Source of the DNA: Zancudomyces culisetae HAW-14-8
Lineage: Eukaryota > Fungi > Kickxellomycota
Assembly: GCA_052426225.1 (NCBI GenBank)
Contig: JBNJNM010000011.1
Location: 1-64,000 of the forward strand
Direction: 5' to 3'
DNA length: 64,000 nt
Shown one piece after another: positions 22,606 through 35,008 of this stretch (position 1 is its first letter; each line of letters starts with the position of its first letter). The notes beneath the pieces are model-generated. The model ran no database searches, was not told the DNA's origin, and worked only from the letters and a program-made list of their open reading frames with translations. Position numbers and translations under genes: made by a program.

Positions 22606-24824
22606 TTAGAGTCAGAATTCGACTATTTTTAACGTATGGATATTTGATTTAGAGATAGAAAATCTTTTAAATATTAGAACCGAAATCTATGAAATAAACA
22701 CGTTTAGTGAAGTTCGTCAACATTAAATAGAAATGTTTGGAGCAGAGTTGAAAAGTGGTTTTACTAGAAATAAATTTCAAATCGGGTATGACCAGGCATT
22801 ATTTAACAGCCAGTAGATTTTACAGTTTGAAAGAATGTATATTCATAAAGGTGTAAGGATTCTGTCTGAAATCTTTTATCACACTGAATGTTTTAATATA
22901 GATTTATAAATATGTTCAGCATTTATCTTAAACTTATAATATAGTTTTCAGTGCTAATTAAAGAGGTAAAAATATTGACGCATAAATATCTCATATAAGT
23001 AAATACCCGTAATATGAATAATTTGAGATTTAAAATCATCGTCTAACGGTGCGAGAATACATGTATCTCTTTACACCTAACATGTGATTTATTCCGTGCA
23101 ATTTTGTGTTAAGCTATTTAATACATCAAGTTTAATATGTTTAGTTGAATGGAGTTTAAACAATTGTCATTGGGTAAATATTCAGAAACAATTATAGTAT
23201 CATATTCCTGCGATACTTAGTTTTACAATGATAAGAATGATACATATTCTGATGGCATCTATTCATGACTTTTTAAACTATTATTTTATTTGGCATATTT
23301 TAATTATCTATTTATAAAGTGTTTTTTGTTTACCAAATGTAGAGTCACTTACTTTATTCTCTTTTTATTGATTTTAAAAATAGTCATATCCTTCGATACA
23401 TTCATAAATGATACAGTTTTTTTGTATAATTGGTAATGTTTAAAGTGTTGTTATTCTAAAATATGGTTTTAAATTATGGATGTAACATATTAGCTTTAAT
23501 TCAAAATGTTACAAGGACAAAAATAAATAACTGTTTATAAAAAAATGTTTAGAAAAAGTGTTGTATGCTTGAAAGTTTTGAAAAACGCTAAAGGCTTATT
23601 ACATCAACTTTGTAGCTTGGGTGTATGAGAATAAAAATATATTTTCAACTATTTATTAATGTTATTCTTGACTTGTTAAAAAGTTATTAGCACAATCTGG
23701 ACTATTATCAACTTATCAAAGTATATTATTATGAATTTAAAAAGCTAAACAAAATATCAAATTATAGTTGTCCTAAACTTGTAAAGCATTAAATAAAACA
23801 AAAAGAATATTACCCAATAAACATAGCGAGAATCTCGTTTAATATAGAAAAAAATGAGTCAACTTCCGTTCATGAAGCCATAAAAAATGTGAGAATTTTT
23901 AGGGCAAGTCTCGGACATGTTATATTTACAAATCTTTTCAGCTCAACTTCATGATCTCCGAAACTCTAAAATCTCAACACCCATACACTTTTACTATACA
24001 TTTCTATCAAAAAAAAATTAAATGCGACCTTTTTATGAACAAATAGTGCGAGAGTGTGAGATCATACATTTCAATAAATAACCACCAAACCAATAGCTGT
24101 AATATCGTAAATATTGTGATTGATCTAGATGATTACTACCTCACATTATTTCTAAATAAAAGTTAACATTCAATTATATTCCTTAGGCTCTAGTAAATTA
24201 TCAAGTTCAGGTTTGCTAAGTTTATCGGGCTCAATTTTAATAAATTAATGGCTTTAGCTAGAACTAAAATAAAATCCCTGTCAGTGCGATAAATTAACTT
24301 TTTTTTGATCTAGTTCTTAATAAGTATATTTGATTGTAACTTTTAATAAACATAATTGACGTTTATAAAAGATCTAGAATGTTAAATAAAAGAAAATGTA
24401 CATAGTTTAATAATTATTTATTAGTAAAATAAAACTGGAATACTCATGTTAAAAGTAAATATCAGAGAGAAGGTCAACTAAACTCAACTATCCACAAGCG
24501 AGCTGTATATTGTAGAAAATATGTATTTAAAATTCCATCTAACAAAAATATAAAAATGTCAAAAATACCGTGATTTAGTTTAGTAGATTTCGTTGCACAC
24601 ACAGATAGCTAACAAGCAAGAAGCAGTAATAAAATATAGTAGTTATATATGTCATAATAAAACTTCAGGCACAGGAATATAAATTAAAAAACTTAGAGGT
24701 ACTGGCAGCCAAGATCTAACAGCAATTCGTTGTGTTTTTTCTAGTTAGCTAGTCACGCAGTTGTAGGAACCCGGTTATATAAGGCAAAAATCATGCGGAA
24801 TAAAGAGCCAGAAAACAGCACAGG

Positions 24825-25216
24825 ATGGTTAAAATCAAAGCTTTGTGCCTTGTTGCACTTTTATCAGTTTCCGCTCAATCCCAAGATAGTGATCTAGCCA
24901 AATTAAAATCTTTAAAAAACTTTTTTCACATAATGGTAGTGTACTAAAAATAATAATTAAAATAATATAAAAATGAAAGGTTAAACTAACCTCCACACGG
25001 CCAACTTAGCCAAATACAAGGTATGTAAAAAAAAGGTGAACTAGACCCAAAAAACGTCTACCTTTCAAACAATAATGCAGAATTTGTAGATCTCAATGTC
25101 GTCGTCGTAAAGTATGCAGACCTTACTGCCACCGTCATCGCGATCGAAAGTGTAGGCACTAGTGTAGGCAAAAGTATTGGCAAATATTTTGGCCCCTCCA
25201 AAAATGTAGGCCATGA
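24825..25216 (+). pseudogene. Remnant of a secreted Arg/Cys-rich peptide gene
   Basis: TATA-like TATATAA ~24776; ATG 24825 signal peptide MVKIKALCLVALLSVSA; downstream frame CRICRSQCRRRKVCRPYCHRHRDRKCRH*CRQK; adjacent LTR at 25235. Confidence 0.5.
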
Positions 25217-25234
25217 CCACCACCACCATTATTG

Positions 25235-26355
25235 TGTTAGAATATACATGTATCTTAACAATATTGAATATTAAATACAATATAATTAATTTATATTAAT
25301 GATATACTTGTGTTTCATATATTATTGTATTACAAGATTATATTATTTAATTAATAATAAGTATTAGTATATAACATTAGATTGATATTCAAAATCAATA
25401 ATAAACCTATCAACATTAATATTGTGTATATTAAATAATACGCTTTTTAGATTAAGTTATATATAAATAATTATTACAAGCTTAATTGTATATACGAAGA
25501 TAATATACTTTTACAAGTAAAATTTGTTTGTATATCACATTTAACGATAATAAAGATAATAACATGTATTATTGCATGTATTACTGCGAGTTTTATACTA
25601 ATTATTAATAATAGCTTTTATAAATTAACTGTGTGTTAATTTGTTAATAATATCTTTACTTAGTATAATTTCGGTATCTAACACAGCAGTCACAGCTCCA
25701 AGAGCCACACCTGGTTCATGGGCAGTGGCAGCCCCATTTTAATACTCCTAAGAATAATTTTCGGGGTGGCAACAGCATCAGACCCCGAAAGTAAGGGGTT
25801 GACTGAAGCTCTTCCAGGAGGCATGGAAGCTTACCGATCACCAATGAGTACTCCAGGTGATCAAGGAAGGGTTCTGAATACCCTTTAATGCGCATTCTCG
25901 CACGGTCAAGCAGTGTTAGATACCAATATTATACACAATAATGATGATATTAACAAATTAACACACAGTTAATTTATAAAAGTTATTATTAATTATACTA
26001 GTTTAAAACACACAGTAATAATATAATATTTGTTAATAATATCTTTATTATTGTTAAACGAGATTGACAAACTTAATTGTTCATGAAAGGAAATGAATCA
26101 CCTTTTATACAATTAAGTTTGTTATAAATATTAATATAAAACTTAAACTAGTAATAAAACCAATTATAATATACTATTAAGCGAACATCATTAATATGCA
26201 CTATATTAATGTTTAAAACTAATAATTAAATAATAATTAAATATATAAACTTATAATTAAATAACATTAATGATATACATGATTATCATTAATAAACATT
26301 AATTAATAATGTATTTAATATACAATACTGTTGTGATACAAGTGTATTCATAACA
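25235..26355. mobile_element. Two ~445-bp LTR-like repeats in inverted orientation (25235-25683, 25914-26355) around a DIRS-like fragment
   Basis: Both arms are TGTTA...TAACA and reverse complements of each other (e.g. TAAATTAACTGTGTGTTAATTTGTTAATA); no matching TSDs. Confidence 0.8.
25684..25913 (+). mobile_element. Fragment of a DIRS-type (YR) retrotransposon gag/RT junction
   Basis: 25791-25889 reads VRG*LKLFQEAWKLTDHQ*VLQVIKEGF*IPFN, matching the VGGRL..F...W....WVL..I..G(Y/F).I.F start of DIRS RT ORFs. Confidence 0.7.
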
Positions 26356-26687
26356 ACTAATAACATGATTTAATCCAATTAATGCTTTCAAGTTCAATCT
26401 CTTGATTAATTATTTGGTTAAAATGCAAACTTTTATTCCCCATATATGTAGATTATCTTTAATAAGATCGGCATACTAGAAAAGTCAGAACTAAAAAAAC
26501 TTTGATATATATAGATTATTTAAAGCACCAGCTTGTATATTTGAACTTATAGCAGTAAAATAGTTTATTTCCACTTGCAATATTTAAATTAATAAATATC
26601 TATAGAGCAAGTGTCAAATCCAGTTTAGGTATTGAAACTTCTATATACTAACTAGTAAAACCTTTTCAAATAGTTCTAAAATACCCA

Positions 26688-27098
26688 CTAGAGAGTCCAT
26701 CCTACTGATTTTGCATAAGCACCAAGATCAATTCCTGGGATATTATCTGGATAAAGTAGAATGCTTCTAGATGCGGTAAAGCAGTGCCCTTGACAGTCTG
26801 CCTCTACACAAAACGTAATATCTCCACTTCCTGGTTTACCATCGTCCATTTTTGCACTTCCGGTACTTGGAATGTTATAGCAGCGACCTGGTTTCAAATG
26901 TTTGATTTGACTTTTCCCTTGATAATGGGTTTTACTGAAAATCTCAAGCTTCATTTTTTTTTGATGATGACAACCGCAAAGGCGGTTGGGACTGTTGTCT
27001 GCTTGTTTGTTTTTGGCAGCTTGATTTGAATCTGCGATGCTGTATGCACTGGTCATACCCAGGCTCAAGCACATCATGCTGAATACGGAGAACTTCAT
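26688..27098 (-). CDS. Small secreted Cys-rich protein, beta/gamma-crystallin-like family member 2
   Basis: Signal peptide; PNRLCGC shared with member 1; FSKTHYQG..CYN..S..CVEADCQGHC..SVGW. Confidence 0.88.
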   Translation of the reverse strand: MKFSVFSMMCLSLGMTSAYSIADSNQAAKNKQADNSPNRLCGCHHQKKMKLEIFSKTHYQGKSQIKHLKPGRCYNIPSTGSAKMDDGKPGSGDITFCVEADCQGHCFTASRSILLYPDNIPGIDLGAYAKSVGWTL

Positions 27099-28427
27099 TT
27101 TTTTGATTAACTTTTGAAAGATTTTTTCGTCTAATAAGTGAATTGTTTATTCTACTCGTGATATGTATTCTACAACTTGAAGGGAATTGTAACCCCTTTT
27201 ATACTTTTATTTCTCATGAAATATCTTACTTATACAAAACACCACTTCACTTTGTATAATATTGTAATGGGCTTATTGTTGCATTATACCTATACGTTTC
27301 TAGAATGTCAATTTTGAGCTACAACTTAGTATACTTTTCTAAATTCAAAAATGATAACCAATACGCTAAAGTTAATGTTTGAACGCTAGCCTCGACTTTG
27401 AATTTTCGGTGTTTAATGTACTAAAAATTAATTAATTACAAGTGGACTTAAACTCTAGGCTACAGTTTAATTAGTTAGCAAAACAAAAACGTTTAAATAA
27501 AGCATTTGTCTTTTAAATTAAAGCAGATCCGACTTATGCTTATTTGCACTTCCAGAGGTCTGCCCAGAATATAAATATAAGGCTTTTGTACATTTTTATC
27601 AATCATGTGAGGTCAACCTATGAAATAGTATGTCAGCTCACTAATTTCTAGCAAATTTAATATCTTCATTTTATACAAGTACAAATATGGTTATCGTTAA
27701 TAATTCAGAAATCTAGATTTTGTAGTCACGTAATGTGATTAGGGGTTATCTCAAATTCAAATGTAAACCTGCCGGGGTGAGTTTGAAACGGGCGTCAGGC
27801 TTGTATCAGAATCGAGTCGGTTAAGTCATTTAATTTATATGAAACCGGACCCCAACTTTTACAAGGGTTAAATTACCCTTCGTTTTCAAACAGACCGAGA
27901 AATAAAATAAAAATAAGAAAGACACTTTACAATATTATCATAATAATAATAATAATCTTAATATTTTGAATAGATTAAGGTTTGAGCATTAAAAAATAAA
28001 GAAAACTAATCGTAACTTGAAGAATAACTCTTGAACGTTATCCAGTACTGCGCCTAGTTACGACGGTGAGAGTTACCAGGTGATTATTTGTAAAGTGAAC
28101 TACATTCAACAAGGACACTTTTAGTAAATACATTTTAGACTAGATAGAAAAATAATAAACCTAGCCATAACACTTGATAATATTATCAGTACATAAAGTA
28201 AATAAATTTGTTTAAAAAATGACAAGCAAGCATTATGAAGATGTGCTACTTTTCTTTATAATTACGAGTTTAGCGGAAAATACAAATTTTATCACCTTTT
28301 GAGGATACCATGAGTGAATGGTGAAGAATAGATAAGCGTTTAGACACATTATTCATTTTTTATAACTGAATTATAGGTAGTAAAGTAGCACCACAGGTTT
28401 TTGATAAATTTTTCTAATAATCTGCGC

Positions 28428-28468
28428 TTTTCTGTCTGTTTTCTGTCTGTTTTCTGTCTGTTTTCTGT
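28428..28468. repeat. Minisatellite (TTTTCTGTCTG) x ~3.7
   Basis: Direct reading. Confidence 0.85.
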
Positions 28469-28541
28469 GGGATATTATTAAAAAGTTATATATTAATATC
28501 AGGGTAAGCTAATCATAATACCTAAATGGCGCCAAAAAAAA

Positions 28542-29001
28542 TTATCCTAGTCTATTGTGCCTTTTCAGTAGGCTGCCTTTGTCTTTCAGGAATTTTCTAT
28601 TTGTAAAAATAGTGTGTAAAAAAACATTGAAAAACACTTTTATTGAATAGAAAACACCACTAGAATGTAGTTTCTTACTTTCGTGCCTGCAAAACCATAA
28701 ACTCTTTGCGTTTAGTAAATAAATCTGCAAGTTTTGATGGGTTAGTATCCCAAGAGTTTTCTGGTTCTTGAGGAAGAGGTGATTTGTCTATTAAACTAGA
28801 ATCAAGCTTTAGTCGATGAAACAGCGTATCAGAGTTCAATTTTGATACCGAGGTACTTGCTCCAGCGTTTATGTTGCTGGTAGAACTACTATTGTTGTTT
28901 GTATTTCGGGAATTTAGGTTTCCAAATCCTGATAAATCAAATGCATTTGTATGACGGTTCCCAGATCGATTCGTATTAGCGTTTGTTTGTAGTGTTGGTA
29001 G
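28542..29001 (-). pseudogene. 3' exons of a Cue1/AMFR-like (Ubc7-binding tail) gene; 5' part not recoverable
   Basis: Exon 29001-28679 plus exon 28596-28542 (GTAAGA..AG intron) read ...LFHRLKLDS...SWDTNPSKLADLFTKRKEFMVLQARKKFL, similar to the C-terminal E2-binding helix of fungal CUE proteins; no intact upstream CUE/TM exon. Confidence 0.5.
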
Positions 29002-29559
29002 CTATTATTAAAAGTTATTTATATTACGGGTATTAGTATATTGTGTATATAGTAGGTATTATCATATTACTAGGATATAATGGCAGCTATCTCTTGAGAT
29101 AATAAATATATAATTTCATATGTTGCGCTGTTGGTTTTCCCTTTGACTGGACTATTGTGTTGCATCTCGGCTAATTATCAAAGGTAGAGTTCATTAGCTT
29201 ATTTTTTTATTATTTTTGTAGACTTAAGAGCTTGAAAGTACTTTATGAGTGTACCCGGATCGTGCTGGACACAATTAAAACAAATAAATATTTTAATTAA
29301 CAGTATTTCAATAAACTAATATTCAACAAAAAAAATTTAAAAATTATGATAACAGATATCAATGAAATACAGATCGAATAGTCACAGAAAAATAATAAAA
29401 TTGAAATACAAATAAAAACATTTTTTATTAAATAGTATATCGATTGTTTGATATAAAAACAAACAGAACATAAGAAGGAATCAAACACCATAACCACAGG
29501 CAAGAACACAGTAAATCAATATTGAAACATAGGTAAAATAAATATAGCTATTAATATTT

Positions 29560-30030
29560 TAATGAAATAGTTATATATAAACAAAGTAAGCCTCAATGAG
29601 GATTTCTTAGCTCTTTTAATAGTTCAAAATTTTATAAGAGTAAGAGAAAAGAAATAAAGAATACTTTAAAAGTAAAATGTATTAGTTCTAGTTATAACAA
29701 AAAAAGATAATAGTGCTACGGCTAGTTAAACTTATAAAACTTTAAATATTAAAATCTCAATCAAAATGTCAGGTCTTATGCATAAACTGAAAACAGCATC
29801 GATCCAGCAGGCCAAGGATGAAGGCCGTTATTCATCAGACAGTGATCGCTCTGGAACCATCAATATGAAGGTGGATTCCAGAGAGTCACACGGCCCATTT
29901 AAAGAGCTTGCTGATCAAGCCTTTTTGCGTATGAGAAGCCTGACAACATGCGGGTATCAGACCGTTCTCGCTCAACAGGTCTTATAGTTTTTTACATTAT
30001 TTATACAATATTTATAAATTGTACCCTCTA
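29560..30030 (+). repeat. Dispersed repeat, copy 2 (ORF 29766-29987)
   Basis: Paralogous to 20190-20700; retains the ATG (MSGLM...). Confidence 0.75.
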
Positions 30031-31273
30031 AAAACGTGCTGTAGCTATGTTTTATTTTTCTTTATCTTGATAAATATACTAAATTCTTTTTATCTATTGC
30101 TGTCTTTTTGGTTCGATTTTTTAATCAAGATGGTTGGAAACATGTGATGTTAATCAGACTCTATTTTCCAACTAAGCTAAACTACCTAACAATAAAACTA
30201 TACACAAACTTGGATACATTATATTTAGCTGTATAATAATGTTTATTTGTGCCATTAGTATATACCAAGACTCACTAGTGCAATCTAAAAAAGTAAATAT
30301 GCTTACCTAGTATGATAAAATTTGAAACGCTGCTTCATTCTCACTATTTTACTTATTTTAGACAATTTGTAATCATTGGGAAGAGGTGATCTTATGGTCA
30401 TTTACATTAGGTTAATAATAGTATTTTTATTATTTTCCGTCTACAACAATTATTTCTCACTATAAAAATGAAGAGTGAAAGTAAAGAATATTAAGTTCAT
30501 TAATTTAATAGGATCGGGTCTACTCTATTTGGTTTAGATAATTTTAAACAATTTCTAAGAATAGATTGACTTTAAATACTATTTTTAGTTCAATTTATTT
30601 TGTTCACTAAATCACCGTTAAATCGATATGTTATTTGCTCTGGATAAATTTCATTAGGATGAATTAGATTACCAATAACCCATAAATGGTTAGTACACGG
30701 GTATAATTATACTTTGGTATTTGTGAGTCAAAATTAAATATCAATTAAAAATAGATTTTGTTTATTGTTGTGTAAGAATTACAAAAATATTTTTAGTATT
30801 ATACTAAGCTCGCACTATACTTTACCATAAATCAAGTAAACACAATTATCGAACACAAATTAATATTGTTTGCTCTTTGTGCTCTAACACTTACTACAAA
30901 ATAACATTTTTTAAAAATATTAGAGTTAAGGTTAAGATATATTACAAAACCTGATTCTCTAAAATTACACATGCTTTCTAAATTTAGCCCTATATTCATT
31001 ACCAATACTCTTTACGGTTCTAAAATTAGGATTATTACTGGCACTTTAAAATTGATATAGGATACCCGTGAATTGTGTTTAAAGATTAAATTAAATTAAA
31101 AATATGAAAAAGAAAAAGTATAAAATGAGTCAAGATATCACTGTCAAAAAAAAAATATCAACAGTTGAAGATTCTTCAAGTGACAATTTAAAGCATAATC
31201 ATAATCATTTGTATTAAAATATTGCATTAGCAATCAGCTACATACAACGCTCATTTTAAACTAGATATCAAAA

Positions 31274-31678
31274 ATGGTAAAATCAACACTCGCACTCTTC
31301 ACTGCCGCAGTTGCCACAGTATCAGTAAATGCTGCTGTCACCCCAAGACCAAGAGCAAATGTCGGACCTATGCAACCACCTATGGAACAGGTCCAGGACT
31401 TTGGAAGATATGCTCCACCATCTCGCCCTGCCTTTAATAAACGCTTCGCTGCACCAGCCTATCGCAAGCGTGCTGACGAGGAGGAGGAAGTTGCACCAGC
31501 TGATGATGATTCTGCTCAAACTGTTGATCCTTCAGCAGAAGGTGGTGATGCAGGAAATGGAACCGATGATCGTTGGTGGTACGGATACTACGGCTACCCA
31601 TACTATGGCGGATACTACGGATATCCATCGTATGGTTACGGTTACAGATACCCATACTATGGTGGATACTACTACTAA
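31274..31678 (+). CDS. Secreted precursor with two KR sites, an acidic spacer and a Tyr/Gly-rich C-terminal peptide
   Basis: Signal peptide, NKR and RKR sites, tail WWYGYYGYPYYGGYYGYPSYGYGYRYPYYGGYYY; TATAAAA 31119-31125; GC-rich relative to flanks. Confidence 0.88.
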   Translation: MVKSTLALFTAAVATVSVNAAVTPRPRANVGPMQPPMEQVQDFGRYAPPSRPAFNKRFAAPAYRKRADEEEEVAPADDDSAQTVDPSAEGGDAGNGTDDRWWYGYYGYPYYGGYYGYPSYGYGYRYPYYGGYYY

Positions 31679-32284
31679 CTTGCCAGTCTTTAAAACTTTA
31701 TTGGTTTTAGTCGTTACTTTAACTAATTCTAAGGGTCTTTATATATTATTTAAATAAATCATATTGAACAATATACATGAAGATAAATATATTGCTGCAT
31801 GAATCGAATATAAATTCTGAATTAGAACTTAAATAGCAATTAAATTACCAGTATCTAATTTATTCTGTTTACTAAATTAGTAATATTACCATAGGTAAAG
31901 TACACATAGTTTATTAAGATAATCGCCTTTGATCTACCTAAGGCAGAAAAGACATCATCTGACCAATTACCAGTGAGTATGCTGTCTCTAGAGTTGCGGA
32001 AACAGACTTTTCATATTATGTTTTAAGAAATTTTTTACCTACTATCTTTTTAATATTTGTGTACTTGTTGTGACATTAAATTATACTATCAACTAAAATA
32101 TACGTAAATACTAATGTTTGTGGATCATTTTGGCCTAGTTTTAAAGTAGAATATTGTAATTTATTTATGCAAAGATTGGATACTTTAATTAATCTCAGCT
32201 TTTTAAGGCTAGAAAAATAATATTTTCATTCACTAAACTTGACTCTAAAGTGATAAAATATTTGTTATAAAGGTGTATTAAAGA

Positions 32285-32680
32285 TTATTCGTTGGGGGCA
32301 GTACCCATTGACACCCATTTAATTGAAAGTGGACCAGATTTGAGATCTTCAGGGAAATTCCACATACCAGTTTGTAAAAACCTGGTATTTACTGTACACA
32401 CACCTCTACAGTCGTTTTCTCTGCATAGCAGCATTCCTCCTGATCTATTCGTGGGATTAAGAAATTGCGCTGAGGTGCCCTGCTCAATGTTATAACACTT
32501 GTGTTTTCTCATTTGGAAGTCGTTTATTACATCTCCTGAAAAGCGGTAGCCTGAGAATACTTTAACGTGTAAGGTTGGTCGAGAGGACCCATGGTGGTGA
32601 TGATGGCAATGGCCTGATACTAGCAGGGTTTGAGTAGCTGACAGAAGCTGGATAGCCAATGTATAACTTGAAACGCGCAT
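32285..32680 (-). CDS. Small secreted Cys-rich protein, beta/gamma-crystallin-like family member 3 (poly-His N-terminus)
   Basis: Signal peptide, HCHHHHH, VFSGYRFSG..CYN..S..CRENDCRGVC..SIKW. Confidence 0.87.
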   Translation of the reverse strand: MRVSSYTLAIQLLSATQTLLVSGHCHHHHHGSSRPTLHVKVFSGYRFSGDVINDFQMRKHKCYNIEQGTSAQFLNPTNRSGGMLLCRENDCRGVCTVNTRFLQTGMWNFPEDLKSGPLSIKWVSMGTAPNE

Positions 32681-35008
32681 TTTTAGAGGTTTTCTTTTTC
32701 AGGAATGAACTTTGCGGTTATTTTGATCTTGTCTCGTTTAGTTATTATGAAGTTAAACTTGAAGTAGTAATATCGCTATTTATACTTTTTTGAAACTAAA
32801 CACAAACGGGTCGTTGTAAAAATCTTATTTAAATTACTTGATTAAAAACATACTGTTTTACATGAAAAATAGCTAAAGTAAGGACATAAATTTGAGCGAG
32901 CCTTAGAATCTAGTATTCATATTTCAATATTTAAGAAATACGTTTGTTTACTCTAGTAAAAATATTAATTATGAATAAGCAAAAAATACTAGATCTAAAG
33001 ATGAGACTAAAAAATCAATAATAAAAGTATAGTATTAATAAAAAGTCCAGTAAAATAGTTGAAATAGCCCCTGAACCAGTGCTATAAAATTTCATTAAAT
33101 ACTAACATCTCAAGGTGAACAATTTCGTTAATCCAATTTGAAATTTCTTGGCCAAGTCGAGAATGAGAGATATTAGGGTGTTTAATGAGGAGTTACATTT
33201 CTGAACTTGTAGTAATTATAGCTCAAAAATAGGCTAAAATTCTATTGGTTTGGCATTAAAAATTTATACGCTGAGGAATATAAATGATATAACTAGGATT
33301 TCATTGTTCCTAGTGGTATGAAAATGTAGATCAATTTTAAATAGTATATCACCGTCCTAGACAGTGTGGCAGCCAAACAGTGTACATTTCTTAACAGGAA
33401 AGTTTAATTAAACCTATGCTTCAATATTATCTGCTTTGAATAATATTTGGCTATCGCGTTTTCTGGATTTGAAAGAAAATATGAAATTTCTATTCTTTTG
33501 AATTCTATAGTAAAGAGGATCGGCTGAACATGATCTAGTATCCTTAGGAACTTTAAAAGTTACTGCTTTTTGTATGTGATTAGTCTATAAAACCTATATT
33601 TGAGCACAGTTTTTCAATAAAGTATTTTTATATGTTTTTAACTATGGTTAGTAAGAAAAATTAAAAGCTGGAGATACGAATATCCTGGTGCATTTCAAAA
33701 TGATCTACATTTTAATTTATTTTAATAATATGGTTTTTCATAATTAATAGAAACTAAAGTTTAGACTTGATTGGTACATTCGATTATTAAAATGAGTGGT
33801 GTGACTATCAAAATCTGTTCGGAATAGCCAAAGTTAAATGTTTACTCAATCCACCTATCGTTTATGTCGTGTTAACACTGACAGGATAGTTTACTAATTT
33901 TATGATTATAGTTAAAAAATAATTAATGAAATGTTCTATTCTATAGCTTTTTCATATTATACTAGATTTATTTCTCACACTCTCATACCGCCAAGTAAGT
34001 GAAAAATAATTATTTCTTGTTGAGTCTTAGCTAAATTTGAATTCAGTAATCTATCTACTATATTTTTCTGTTTTATATCTCATAAGGAATAAACAGTAAA
34101 CAATTGAATATTTATATTTATACCAATTTTATTTAAAAAACATCTTTAATAAACTATAAAAGTAATCAGAGTAGATTGAACGAGTGTTTGTATGTCAAAC
34201 CACAAAAGAAATTAGTAAGATTTGAGAAATGTATTTTATATATTGAAAAATAACTGTTTGCAAACTATATTTTACTCAGTACCGAATTTACAACCAACGA
34301 ATCATTAGAACTTTAATTTTAAACTTTTAGAGTCTGTAAGTGTACATTGATGTTATTTTGATTATTTAAATATAATTATTAATACTAGATTAGTGAGTTT
34401 TAATGCACTAAATAGAAATATCTTTGATATTTATACAAACAACCAGTACAATTATACATCTACATTCCTTATTATATATAGAATATTTTTATCTAGATAC
34501 TCGTTTAAATAGATAGAACAACAAACCGATAATAAACGAATTAAACTTTAGAATCTTTATTCATTTGATGTATGAAATGACAGACAAAAAAATACAGTTT
34601 TATAAAAAATTAGCCTAACAAATAAAATATTCTTAAGCCGTATGTATATTGATTTTTGATTTCTGCGATACTGATAATAATTTGATTTGACTATAATGAG
34701 TATTTATGAGAATATTAATATTTGGATGTTCGCATAATAGTAATAGGTTTTCATTTGACTCGACTATATACATTAGTGTTTAGCTAAAGTAAACCCTCAA
34801 GGACATCAAGAGTATTTTTTGTTAAATACTATAGCAATACTGTGTATTACGAAAACCAAATCAAGGATATATTGCTAATGTTCTTTTTCAACTTTCCTCT
34901 TCTTTGTATTGCTTTTATTTTTTGGAACGTTTAAAAACATTGTTATCTTTACTTTATTTAATTAACTATTGACCAAAGCAACAAAACAATATGTAATACT
35001 CTAAAATA

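Noticed and set aside
25755-25900. Run of hairpins suggesting a structured ncRNA
   Set aside because: The segment translates as a DIRS RT N-terminus; no recognisable RNA family motif.
27765-27895. GC-richer patch with the palindrome AAGGGTTAAATTACCCTT
   Set aside because: No tRNA, snRNA or Helitron-end signature could be established.
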